This document shows positions 44,832-53,920 of a stretch of 55,953 bases of DNA, piece after piece. The stretch is from Fidelibacterota bacterium (GTDB lineage: Bacteria; Fidelibacterota; UBA2242). The number at the start of each line of letters is the position of its first letter. The first letter of the stretch is position 1. The notes under the pieces are model-generated. The model searched no databases, was not told the DNA's origin, and saw nothing but the letters and a program-made list of their open reading frames with translations. The position numbers were made by a program, and so were the translations under genes. The stretch lies in the NCBI GenBank assembly GCA_011046365.1, contig DSAS01000187.1, positions 1-55,953 of the forward strand, written 5' to 3'.

Positions 44832-46101
44832 TCTTGCTCACCATCCGTTTAATATCGTATTCTCCTATTTTTACTGGCATTTTTAAAATTTTCGACAATT
44901 CAACCACACTCATATCATCCAGCAGCAAACCATCCTGATTGATACAATTCGGCGGTAAAAAGATACAATCGTATTCGGCATTCCGGGGAAATTGACCCGC
45001 GATGTCACCACCAGTGAGCAGCCCCGACACTGTCACGGTTAGACCGAAAAACTGATTGTTAATACTTATAACGTCGGCATTCAATTTCGGTATTCCGTCC
45101 AGATACGGCAGGACAAAGTTGCACAGCACCGGTTCAGCCAGTTTTCCGGTGACCAGACAGATCTTCATGGATCGCGACAAACTCGTCCCCCCGGATTCGC
45201 CCATTGAATTTATTAACTGACGACACAATCCCACACCATTTTCCAGCTGATAATAGGGACCGTAGTCCCGATCAGCCGGAAAAGTTAAATCCGCCAGCAG
45301 GTAAAACTCATCGGAGAGATAAACAAAGGGATCGCCTTCATTGTTGCGATATTGGCGGTTCCATTTTGCAGATCGGCGTACCAATTCCGTCGCCAGCGCT
45401 GACGACACCGCTTCGATTTTCGGTAAATGGCGGCGATGCCGGGTCAGCCCTACCGGTACAACCGCCAGCGTTTTGATCATTTCTCGAAACTGATACAGGT
45501 CGTCAATGGTATTCTGCAACACGTCGCCATCATTGATCCCCGGCACCAGGACAACCTGGGTGTGTAGTTCGATCCGATTCTTGACCAGATAGGCAATTTT
45601 TCCCATCAGGTCGTCGTCGGATTTAAAGCGGAATATGGATTTGCGTACCCGCGAATCGGTGGCATGCACGGAGATATAGAGCGGCGAAAGTCGCTGCTCT
45701 GCAATCCGCCGTAATTCCAAATCGCTGATACCGGTTAGTGTGATATAGTTGCCGTATAAAAAGGAGTAGCGGTAGTCCTCATCACAAATATAAATCGGTC
45801 GGCGCATTCCCGGCGGATTCTGTTTGATAAAACAAAAGATGCAGTTATTAGAGCACACTTTCAGATGGAAATCTTCGAGTTCCAGACCCAAATCCTCTTC
45901 ACAGGATTTCTCAATCTGCACCTGCCGCTTCTGATTGTGCCGGCTAAACAATATATCAATGACTTCTTCCGACTGATAAAAATAGTAATCCAGTTGGTCG
46001 TTGATCGCATGCTCATTCAGGGAAATAAGCATATCACCAGCCCGAATACCGATTTTCTCGGAAATACTGTTTTTCACTACCCGGTTAATTTTAATCACCA
46101 C
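44821..46101 (-). CDS. DUF512 family protein (PDZ-like N-terminus + radical-SAM-like core)
   Basis: N-terminal PDZ-like GIRAGDMLISLNEH, Cys motif CSNNCIFCF, then DEDYRYSFLYGNYITLT, LSPLYISVHAT, VLVPGINDG and VPVGLTRHR. Usual position upstream of der. GTG start. Confidence 0.8.
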   Translation of the reverse strand: MVIKINRVVKNSISEKIGIRAGDMLISLNEHAINDQLDYYFYQSEEVIDILFSRHNQKRQVQIEKSCEEDLGLELEDFHLKVCSNNCIFCFIKQNPPGMRRPIYICDEDYRYSFLYGNYITLTGISDLELRRIAEQRLSPLYISVHATDSRVRKSIFRFKSDDDLMGKIAYLVKNRIELHTQVVLVPGINDGDVLQNTIDDLYQFREMIKTLAVVPVGLTRHRRHLPKIEAVSSALATELVRRSAKWNRQYRNNEGDPFVYLSDEFYLLADLTFPADRDYGPYYQLENGVGLCRQLINSMGESGGTSLSRSMKICLVTGKLAEPVLCNFVLPYLDGIPKLNADVISINNQFFGLTVTVSGLLTGGDIAGQFPRNAEYDCIFLPPNCINQDGLLLDDMSVVELSKILKMPVKIGEYDIKRMVSKIEE

Positions 46102-46341
46102 CGACCCGATTTATGCCATTGACTTTAGGTTGTCGTACCATCAAAATTTCCCTTAATGCTGATTTAACTCCATTCAAAAATAACGAGTGAATTTAAGGAT
46201 TTAGGACTGTTTAAAAAAGCATGCAAATGATTAAAGGATACAGCACTTATTGAACGCTCTAACGAAAGCCAAAGCACGAGCTTCCGGAGTACAGCAATGC
46301 ACCCCAAATTTATCCTATTCAGTTTATAATTAATGGTCTTA

Positions 46342-46367
46342 CCGGATACCGAAACCGGATACGGAGA
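46342..46367. repeat. tandem 13-nt motif pair A
   Basis: CCGGATACCGAAA followed by CCGGATACGGAGA. Confidence 0.6.
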
Positions 46368-46588
46368 CCACCTCTTGAAACTTCTCCTCGAGGAGTCTGA
46401 CCAAAATTGACAACCCTCTTTTGCCAGAAAACCGCATATTTTCACTTGGAAAAATGGTACGAAATGTGCTTTTCTCGTCGGGAGAGCGGGTGAAGGGAAT
46501 CCCCCAAAGGGGTCCCCTTGGGAGAACCCTCGTATCAAGCTTGGGAATTAGGTTATAATATTTTTTTACCGTCGGTAAAATCAAAACC

Positions 46589-46614
46589 GGGGTATACCGA
46601 AGGGGTATACGGAT
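46589..46614. repeat. tandem 13-nt motif pair B (related to pair A, same orientation, 247 bp downstream)
   Basis: GGGGTATACCGAA followed by GGGGTATACGGAT. It shows the same internal pattern as pair A (..ATACCGAA.. then ..ATACGGA). Confidence 0.6.
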
Positions 46615-47779
46615 CCTTTAATAGCGAATTGCAAAAATAATGTCCGATTATAGAAAAAAAGTAGCTTTTTGATTTTATTATACTTATGCTATATGTGTGA
46701 GAGAGACAAGCGCCAATCCAGAGAATACCAGTATTGAAGAAATTCGGATCGCAATGGATGCCTCTCCCACCAAAAAGGGATACATTCGTCTTAATGCGAT
46801 TTTTTTATTATTTGAAGGGATCAGTAAGAAAACGATTGCTAAATCCTCTTTGGTCACGGTACACACCTTGAACCGTTGGATTACGTTATATAATGAGCGT
46901 GGTATTGATGGTCTCATTTATCAGCCTCGGTCGGGCCGTCCGCCGGTAATTACGGATGAAGTGATGCGACAAATCAAGGACTTGCTCGAGAATCCCGATC
47001 AGGCTGGATATGCCCATTGGACTTTACGAAGTTTACATGGTTATCTGAAGGATGAGATTGATCTTCAATGTCATTATTCGACCTTGGTTCGCAAGGTCCA
47101 TCGGGAGGGATATGTCTACCGTTTCCCGCGCAGTTATCCGGTCAATCAGGATCAGGAGCAACGGGCAGAATACTTGAAGAAATTAGAAAGGTGGCAGTCT
47201 GAGGGCTGGGAACTCTGGTACATTGATGAAACTGGAATAGAGGGTGATCCACGTCCCAGGCGGCGTTGGGTCCGAAAAGGTGAGAAGCGGACGCTGTCCT
47301 ATTCGGGCACTCACATCCGCGAAAGTGTTATCGGAGCGGTCTGTCCGGGTAGCGGTCAGATGGAAGCCTTGCAGGTCAATTACTGCAATAGTGATATGTT
47401 CCAGATATCTCTAAACCAATTGGCCAAAGCAGTGGATTGCCATGAAGTCCTTTTGATTATGGATAACGCCTCCTGGCACAAGTCCAAACAGCTGGAATGT
47501 CATGGAATGAATCATGAATACCTGCCGCCCTGTTCTCCCGATTTTAATCCAATCGAGCGAATCTGGCTACTGTTAAAAGCACACTTCTTTACCGATTGGA
47601 TTGCTAAAACACCAGAAGAACTCAGTGATCGAATCACCTTTGCCCTGAAACAATTCTTTAAATCTACATCGGAAGTTTCTACAATCTGTAAGGTAGTAGG
47701 ATATTTATTCTGCGAATCGCTTTATTATCCGAAAATCCTTTTACGTCAAGCATACATAAAATACATATTGAGTTTTTAG
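46610..47779 (+). mobile_element. IS630-family insertion sequence (ends not resolved)
   Basis: It contains an intact IS630/Tc1-type transposase gene. Candidate imperfect terminal inverted repeats are CGGATCCTTTAATAGCGAATTGCAAAAATAA (46610-) and the reverse complement of 47704-47731 (CGGATAATAAAGCGATTCGCAGAATAAA). Confidence 0.55.
46697..47779 (+). CDS. IS630-family transposase (wHTH + DDE_3)
   Basis: HTH region ISKKTIAKSSLVTVHTLNRWITLYNERGIDGL..RSGRP. DDE triad contexts WYIDETG, IMDNASWHKS and NPIERIWLLLK. The start could be the ATG at 46754. Confidence 0.9.
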   Translation: MRETSANPENTSIEEIRIAMDASPTKKGYIRLNAIFLLFEGISKKTIAKSSLVTVHTLNRWITLYNERGIDGLIYQPRSGRPPVITDEVMRQIKDLLENPDQAGYAHWTLRSLHGYLKDEIDLQCHYSTLVRKVHREGYVYRFPRSYPVNQDQEQRAEYLKKLERWQSEGWELWYIDETGIEGDPRPRRRWVRKGEKRTLSYSGTHIRESVIGAVCPGSGQMEALQVNYCNSDMFQISLNQLAKAVDCHEVLLIMDNASWHKSKQLECHGMNHEYLPPCSPDFNPIERIWLLLKAHFFTDWIAKTPEELSDRITFALKQFFKSTSEVSTICKVVGYLFCESLYYPKILLRQAYIKYILSF

Positions 47780-47862
47780 GATATAGCTTAGAGTGTCCAT
47801 TAATCGCAACACAAACTACCCAATTACAAGTGCTGTGGGGAGGTTTGGCATGGTCCGACAGA

Positions 47863-49098
47863 TTACAAGATACCGGCTACTAGCATCATATTTGTAAAAA
47901 AGAGAAGCACCTCATTAACGATAATATCCGTGGACATGATGGAGCAATAAAGGTCAATCATCTGCGGATTTTGCAGGGCGAGACCGCCGAATATTAAAAA
48001 CAATCGCTCACGAAGCTGATAGGAGATGATCTGTTTTGAGTGCCATTTTTTAGGATTCTCAAGATATGGAAAAACGAATGCCACTGATTTTGCCAGGGAA
48101 CCGCCCCGGTCATTCTCAAGCGTCCAGAACCCGATACCATCCAACTCAGCCATCCGGCTTAGCAACGTCCAAGCATCCAGATTGAAAATCATATAACTCA
48201 GCGAACGTGTCCGCTGCATCTCTCGAGGCATCTTTCCATCTGATTCGATCTGTTCTTCCAGCAGTATTTTTCGCGCATATTGCCAGGTATCTTCGACAAT
48301 ATCAAGACGTCCGGTATAGTGGGCATAGGCAGCCAATTGAACGGCATACCAGGTGGAATGATTGTTTCCACGTTCTCGTTCATCAATCCCATAATAACTC
48401 TCCAGCATCCAATCCAAGTACTCTGAAAACCAATGTTGCAGCCCATATTCCAGTTTTTCATCCCAATACCCGGCTTTTTTTAGCACCTGAACGCCCTCCA
48501 GGAGATAGACAAACCGGCGAGTATCGAGGATTCCGACGCCCCTTTTACGATCACTGTTGGGAATAACCTGGGCGTATTTGGCATTGGGATTCATCCGCGT
48601 TTTTGGATCAATGAACCACACTCTGACGAACTCTTCAGCTTTTTCTGCATATTTTGGTTCTTCAAACAGATACGCTGCAACACTTAACAACAGAACAGAC
48701 TTACACAGAATATTTAAATCATCCTTATGCTTAAGAAACCGGTCAGGATTATGAATCCCATCTTTACGAATATACGGCGCTGTTGGGTCTGTTGGATCCG
48801 GCCACCAGTAAGTGCTTTCACTGTAATAATCATGCGGATCGATATCCGGATTAGGACAGCGGTGGTAGGTAACACTCCACGGTCTGATTTGCGTTAATGA
48901 ATCGGCTGTCTGTCGGAGAACATTAATATATGCCCGTAATTCGGAAGTTGGATTGTCCAGGGATGAGCTCAGCGTTTCTATTTCATAAGCGCGGAGAAAA
49001 TTCAGCCGATGCTCATCAGCGCTTACCAAAGTTTCATTACTAAGAATAAATAATAAAACAAGCACGATCGAACGACAACAGCCCATCCGGAAACTCAT
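47863..49098 (-). CDS. alginate-lyase-domain (PL5-like) polysaccharide lyase, secreted
   Basis: Signal peptide. YYSESTYWWPDP..PYIRKDG, RMNPN and GNNHSTWYAVQ (NNHS(Y/T)W motif of the alginate lyase fold). Paralog of 52706-53902. Confidence 0.7.
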   Translation of the reverse strand: MSFRMGCCRSIVLVLLFILSNETLVSADEHRLNFLRAYEIETLSSSLDNPTSELRAYINVLRQTADSLTQIRPWSVTYHRCPNPDIDPHDYYSESTYWWPDPTDPTAPYIRKDGIHNPDRFLKHKDDLNILCKSVLLLSVAAYLFEEPKYAEKAEEFVRVWFIDPKTRMNPNAKYAQVIPNSDRKRGVGILDTRRFVYLLEGVQVLKKAGYWDEKLEYGLQHWFSEYLDWMLESYYGIDERERGNNHSTWYAVQLAAYAHYTGRLDIVEDTWQYARKILLEEQIESDGKMPREMQRTRSLSYMIFNLDAWTLLSRMAELDGIGFWTLENDRGGSLAKSVAFVFPYLENPKKWHSKQIISYQLRERLFLIFGGLALQNPQMIDLYCSIMSTDIIVNEVLLFFTNMMLVAGIL

Positions 49099-49146
49099 TG
49101 GTTTCTTTCGATCAAGAGTACCCTGAAATGTTTCACATTTATCTCG

Positions 49147-52100
49147 TTATTCTTCAATCCTCAGATAACTGCCCTTAAAATCCTGGTTACGACATTCGAT
49201 CACTGCCGCCTCGCCGGGGACGGGTACAAACTCGATCGCGGCTCTTCCATTGGCAGCTTCAATGACATCACAACGGGTATATGTCCCGTAATTTACCAGG
49301 AGATGACCGGAGCCAGCACTGGAAAAATAGACCCGTTGATTATAATCCAGACAACGTCGGCCGTTCTTGTCAACAACCAAAGCCTCAACGAGGTAATTTC
49401 CATTTGATAAACGTTTAGATGACAATTCAATCCGGTCCGGTTTACCTGATTTTTCAAAGGAATAATTGAACAGCACTGTATCGCGGCAAGTCTCTTCCCC
49501 TGCATTCATCCCAACAGCGATTACCTCATTTTGACCATTTTTAAATGACACTTCCCAGTTTAAACCACAGGCAGGAAATTCTTCTATATTTCGTTTTTTT
49601 CGCCCCTGGCTCTGACTATTCACGAATAACTCCACTTCGGCGGCATTGCTGTACACACAAACCTCTTTCGCTTCTCCTTTAAGCCCTTGTCTCTCCGTCC
49701 AGGTATGGGATTCGATGTAACAAAACTCGGGGGAGGTCGTCCAGTAGCTTTTAAAAACATAATAGCCGTCTTTTGGATTGCCGGCACGGTCAACCAAGCC
49801 CTTTTGATTCATATAAGGAATCGCATTCTCCGGGCGTAAAGGGGTGGCAAAATCCTTAAAAGCCCATTGCGCATTACCTGTAAACCAATCCAGATTCTCC
49901 GAAACATGCAAATGCCAGTCAAAGAGATCGACAATATAGTTCTCGCTCCAATCTCCTTCCCTGGCGATATTTGCAACCCTGACCTGGTTAATATCCTCTT
50001 CCCAGCCTTCCAGATTTATCATGCCATCGCCGGTGATTGGATTTTCAACATGGCGACCAAGGTGGCTGGAACCGCCGTATTCCGCATGAAAAAAGCGCTT
50101 ATAGTCATTTCGAGATTTACTAATCGCTTTTTCAAAATTTTTATAAACACCCGAATACCAACCAGCCCAGATTGATGGTGAAAATACATCAACAATGTCG
50201 GCGCCCTCGTAAAACTTTCGTATAGCCGTGACTCGTGAAGGATCCAACTGATGCGCCAGATCATTCATTTCAGATAGAAACGCCCGCAGTGAATCCACAT
50301 TCCCGCCATTATCATGATCCGGCAGCCAGTAAAGCTCATTACCCAGTGACCAGATAATGATGGACGGATGATTGAAATTCTGGAGGATCATTTCTTTGAG
50401 TATCCGTTTCGTATTTTTCTGCCATTCAATACCTCCCATACCACCGCGACACCAAGGAACTTCATCCCAGACCAGTAATCCCAGTTCATCGCAGGCTTTA
50501 TAAATTTCCGGATCCTGGGGATAATGTGCTAAACGAACAAAATTTGCTCCCATTTCCTTAATCATCTGAATATCCTTACGGTGTAATTCGTTTGGGAGGG
50601 CATTTCCGTAGCCCGCCCATTCCTCGTGCCGGTGTGTTCCTCGTAATAACAGCCGTTCTCCATTCAGATAAAAAGGTCCATGTTCCTTGAATTCAAACCA
50701 GCGATACCCGAATTTTTCAGCCAGTGAATCAAGGGTACTATTGCCACTTAATAACCGCACGGTGACTGAATACAAATTCGGTGAATCTGGTGACCATAGT
50801 AAAGGATTTGTTAATTTAGGAAAGGATATTTTATGTTCACTCTCTCCAGGCGGTAATGTTATTTTCTCTTCGCTTTTTTTGATTCTATTCCCATTAAGGT
50901 CAAATAACTCGGCAATAATTCTGCGCCTAACCGCTTTTGATCCTGAATTTTTTACTCGCAATACCAAATCGGTTTCTGCAACCAAACCAGTAACTACTGG
51001 CGTATCAACAATAATTTTATCAATGTACTCGGCAGGTAGTACCTTGAGCCACACATCCCTCGTGATGCCACCATAAATTACAAAGTCGGATTTTTGTGAG
51101 GGTATTATGTGAGGGTTATAAGAGTTATCCACACGAACTAAAATTGTGTTTAGAGCACCGGATCGGACATAAGGTGTGATATCAATTTCGAATCCAAGAT
51201 ATCCGCCAGTATGTCCACCGGCATATTTCCCATTCACATATACCTCACTGAGGATATTCACACCTTCAAAATATAGAATCAAACGCCGATTATCCGTCAG
51301 TTCAGGAATATTCAAGTCCTTTCGGTACCAGCTAATGTCACGACGATACCCGGGGGAATTATCTGTAGCATCAAAGTTATTCCAGGTATGCGGTAAATCT
51401 ATTCTTTGCCAGGCTTTTGTCGCTAGATGCAATTGCGGGATATAGAGAATCGCTTCCTCCAGATAATACCAGTCTTCATTCAGGTTAATGACTTGGCGTC
51501 CAGATTTTTCCGGATGTATCCTTTGCGAGTGCTGATGCTCCCATTGCCGTTTGACAGCTTCAATCAGATAGTAGTCGCCGGGTGGATAGGATTCGTTCAC
51601 GCCCCATTGCTTGTGATGATGGTAAACTGTATGCAGCAGAATCCCCTCCTCTTTTGGACGCTCTGACTGTGAAAATAGATAGCCAGTAATCAGACTAGTA
51701 GTAATTTCTAAAGCGAGTTTTTGATATTTTTCCCCGGCGCATTTGGTTTGAGACAGATCCCCCAATTGAAACAACCCTGCGGCGGCGATAGCGCCGGCTG
51801 AAGCGTCTCTTTCAGCATACTTTTCTGCGAGCGTCAAATCCCAACAGGGGATTTTGTCTTGGGGAAGATGGACACTGAAATAGTCAGCCATTCGTTGGGC
51901 GGTCTTGAGAAAACGCAGATCCTTCGTGTACTTGAACGCCGTTGTGAAACCATAAATTCCCCAGGCTTGTCCCCGCGCCCACGTCGATTCGTCTGCGTAG
52001 CCCTGATGGGTATATTTTTTGATAATTTCACCATTAGACGGATCAAATTCCACCACATGGTATGAGGAACCATCCGGACGGATATGTTCTTTCATCGTCG

Positions 52101-52704
52101 TTAAGGCATGCTGGTAGGCGATATCATAATAGCGGTAGTCACCGGATTCTCCAGCCGCCCAGAACAGCAATTCCAGATTCATCATTGTATCGATAATCAT
52201 CAACCCCGTCCGGTCATCAGAACCGAGTTTGCCCCAAGCCCTGATAAACTTACCTTTGGCATTAAACCGTTTCATCAACATATCGGCTGCCTGGATTGCG
52301 GCATCCCGGTACTTGATTTCACCGGTCATCTGATAAGATTTCACACAGGTAGGTAAAAATATAAAACCCATATCGTGGGTATAATCAATACCAGCATATA
52401 TCGCAATCTGATCAGCATGTCGTAAAGCCCGGTTTTTAAATTCAGCATTACCGGTCATCTCATATAAATACCACAGTTCACCGCCAATAAAACCAGACAG
52501 CCAGTTTGGGTTTTTCCGGAATTGCCATTCGCCATTGACGGTGTATTCGGGAAAACGACCCTCTAAAATATCATCTTTTTGGATCAATTGTTGACCAATC
52601 CCGGTGATTGTATGTTGATCGACAACGTCTCCTGCAGAAAGAAAACCAGTTACTATTACACTAATCAATATCAGAACACTTAGGCGCCGCATATTTGTCC
52701 TCAC
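49147..52704 (-). CDS. fusion: GH88 unsaturated glucuronyl hydrolase (N-terminal) + GH2 glycosidase (C-terminal)
   Basis: N-terminal 390 aa or so: DMGFIFLP, MIIDTMMNLELLFWA and GSSYHVVEFD...THQGYADESTWARGQAWGIYGF (GH88). The rest: WQRIDLPHTWN, FEGVNILSEVYVNGKYAGGH, NFVRLAHYPQ, NHPSIIIWSLGNE and HAEYGG (GH2), plus a C-terminal Ig-like tail. Confidence 0.85.
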   Translation of the reverse strand: MRTNMRRLSVLILISVIVTGFLSAGDVVDQHTITGIGQQLIQKDDILEGRFPEYTVNGEWQFRKNPNWLSGFIGGELWYLYEMTGNAEFKNRALRHADQIAIYAGIDYTHDMGFIFLPTCVKSYQMTGEIKYRDAAIQAADMLMKRFNAKGKFIRAWGKLGSDDRTGLMIIDTMMNLELLFWAAGESGDYRYYDIAYQHALTTMKEHIRPDGSSYHVVEFDPSNGEIIKKYTHQGYADESTWARGQAWGIYGFTTAFKYTKDLRFLKTAQRMADYFSVHLPQDKIPCWDLTLAEKYAERDASAGAIAAAGLFQLGDLSQTKCAGEKYQKLALEITTSLITGYLFSQSERPKEEGILLHTVYHHHKQWGVNESYPPGDYYLIEAVKRQWEHQHSQRIHPEKSGRQVINLNEDWYYLEEAILYIPQLHLATKAWQRIDLPHTWNNFDATDNSPGYRRDISWYRKDLNIPELTDNRRLILYFEGVNILSEVYVNGKYAGGHTGGYLGFEIDITPYVRSGALNTILVRVDNSYNPHIIPSQKSDFVIYGGITRDVWLKVLPAEYIDKIIVDTPVVTGLVAETDLVLRVKNSGSKAVRRRIIAELFDLNGNRIKKSEEKITLPPGESEHKISFPKLTNPLLWSPDSPNLYSVTVRLLSGNSTLDSLAEKFGYRWFEFKEHGPFYLNGERLLLRGTHRHEEWAGYGNALPNELHRKDIQMIKEMGANFVRLAHYPQDPEIYKACDELGLLVWDEVPWCRGGMGGIEWQKNTKRILKEMILQNFNHPSIIIWSLGNELYWLPDHDNGGNVDSLRAFLSEMNDLAHQLDPSRVTAIRKFYEGADIVDVFSPSIWAGWYSGVYKNFEKAISKSRNDYKRFFHAEYGGSSHLGRHVENPITGDGMINLEGWEEDINQVRVANIAREGDWSENYIVDLFDWHLHVSENLDWFTGNAQWAFKDFATPLRPENAIPYMNQKGLVDRAGNPKDGYYVFKSYWTTSPEFCYIESHTWTERQGLKGEAKEVCVYSNAAEVELFVNSQSQGRKKRNIEEFPACGLNWEVSFKNGQNEVIAVGMNAGEETCRDTVLFNYSFEKSGKPDRIELSSKRLSNGNYLVEALVVDKNGRRCLDYNQRVYFSSAGSGHLLVNYGTYTRCDVIEAANGRAAIEFVPVPGEAAVIECRNQDFKGSYLRIEE

Positions 52705-52705
52705 T

Positions 52706-53902
52706 CTAATTTATCCACAAAACCGGCTGTCTGATGGGAAAATTGCGAAGTACTTCGTCAATTTCTGGGTCCGGTTCAAGGGTTCTCCACACATCAAGGT
52801 AGTTAAGATGGTTATAAGCGAGTCCCGCAAACAGCAAAAACGGATGACGAACAGGCCAGTGATCAAAATACATAACATCCGGTGGATAAGGCCACTGGCT
52901 TTTTTCTTTAACATAGGGAAACATAAATGCTACAGCATTATCAATACCGCGCCCATCTTCCGTTTGATAAAACCACAGATTGTCTCTTTTAGTGGATAAA
53001 ATTTGACACACCATAGCCATTACGTCTAAATTAAAAAGCGAGTAACTATAAGGTTTGGTGCGATTCAACTCCTTGGGAAAACTGCCATTCGCAGACATCT
53101 GCTCTGGTAATAAAACTGTTTTGTAAAAATTACGGCAATAGTCCAGTTTCTCCTTATCGCCAACCAATTTCGCATAAGCTGCCACTTGCATTGCCCAACA
53201 GGTACTGTGGTTATTTCCATTGTCCCTTTCAGCGATTCCATAGTCATGGGTGAAAATCCACTCGAGGTATTCACTAAACCACTTTTTTATGGCATTCAGC
53301 ATTTCTGCATCTATGGCGTGTAACTCATCGAGAATGATGACTGATTGAGCGACCTCCACTAAATGAATGGTATCAATAATACCAATTCCCCGCCCGGTCA
53401 CCCGTCCTTTGATAGCCTGAGCGTAGAGCAAGTTTGGATTCATACGAGTCTCATCGGCTACAAACCAGGCAGATAAGTGCTCTATTGCTTTATCGGCATA
53501 TTTCTTTTTATTTGTAATTTTATAGGCTGCCACGAGAGCCGGAACCTGGATGCTAAATCGTCGTAAAAGTTGACGATGTTTAACAAAATTATCCGGATTT
53601 GTCAGACCATCCCGCCGAATATACGGACAATCGGGATTTTCAGGGTCTGGCCACCAGTAATCACCTTCGGAATAGTAATCATTTAAACTGCCAGCTGAAC
53701 GATCACAGAAATATGCCGTAACAGTCAACGGTTCTTCCTGAAGATAACGATTTGCAGCGGACAGGATGCGGTCATGATCAATGGCAGACACATCTATTAA
53801 TTCTCGATCACTACCTGAACAATTTATTAATGCACCACCAATAAGGATAATCATTAATAAAAATAGAAACCCCTTTATCATTATATCTGACGAGTAAAAC
53901 AT
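52706..53902 (-). CDS. alginate-lyase-domain (PL5-like) polysaccharide lyase, probable lipoprotein
   Basis: Lipobox-like ALINCSG. YYSEGDYWWPDP..PYIRRDG, RMNPN and GNNHSTCWAMQ. Only 1 nt separates it from the GH88-GH2 gene. Confidence 0.7.
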   Translation of the reverse strand: MFYSSDIMIKGFLFLLMIILIGGALINCSGSDRELIDVSAIDHDRILSAANRYLQEEPLTVTAYFCDRSAGSLNDYYSEGDYWWPDPENPDCPYIRRDGLTNPDNFVKHRQLLRRFSIQVPALVAAYKITNKKKYADKAIEHLSAWFVADETRMNPNLLYAQAIKGRVTGRGIGIIDTIHLVEVAQSVIILDELHAIDAEMLNAIKKWFSEYLEWIFTHDYGIAERDNGNNHSTCWAMQVAAYAKLVGDKEKLDYCRNFYKTVLLPEQMSANGSFPKELNRTKPYSYSLFNLDVMAMVCQILSTKRDNLWFYQTEDGRGIDNAVAFMFPYVKEKSQWPYPPDVMYFDHWPVRHPFLLFAGLAYNHLNYLDVWRTLEPDPEIDEVLRNFPIRQPVLWIN

Positions 53903-53920
53903 CTTAGATGCACTGAAATT

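Noticed and set aside
46164-46584. Minus-strand ORFs of 124 and 81 aa, plus a 25-aa plus-strand ORF (MVLPDTETGYGDHLLKLLLEESDQN) spanning repeat pair A.
   Set aside because: They have no SD, implausible composition and overlap each other. I treat the region as non-coding or unexplained rather than inventing genes.
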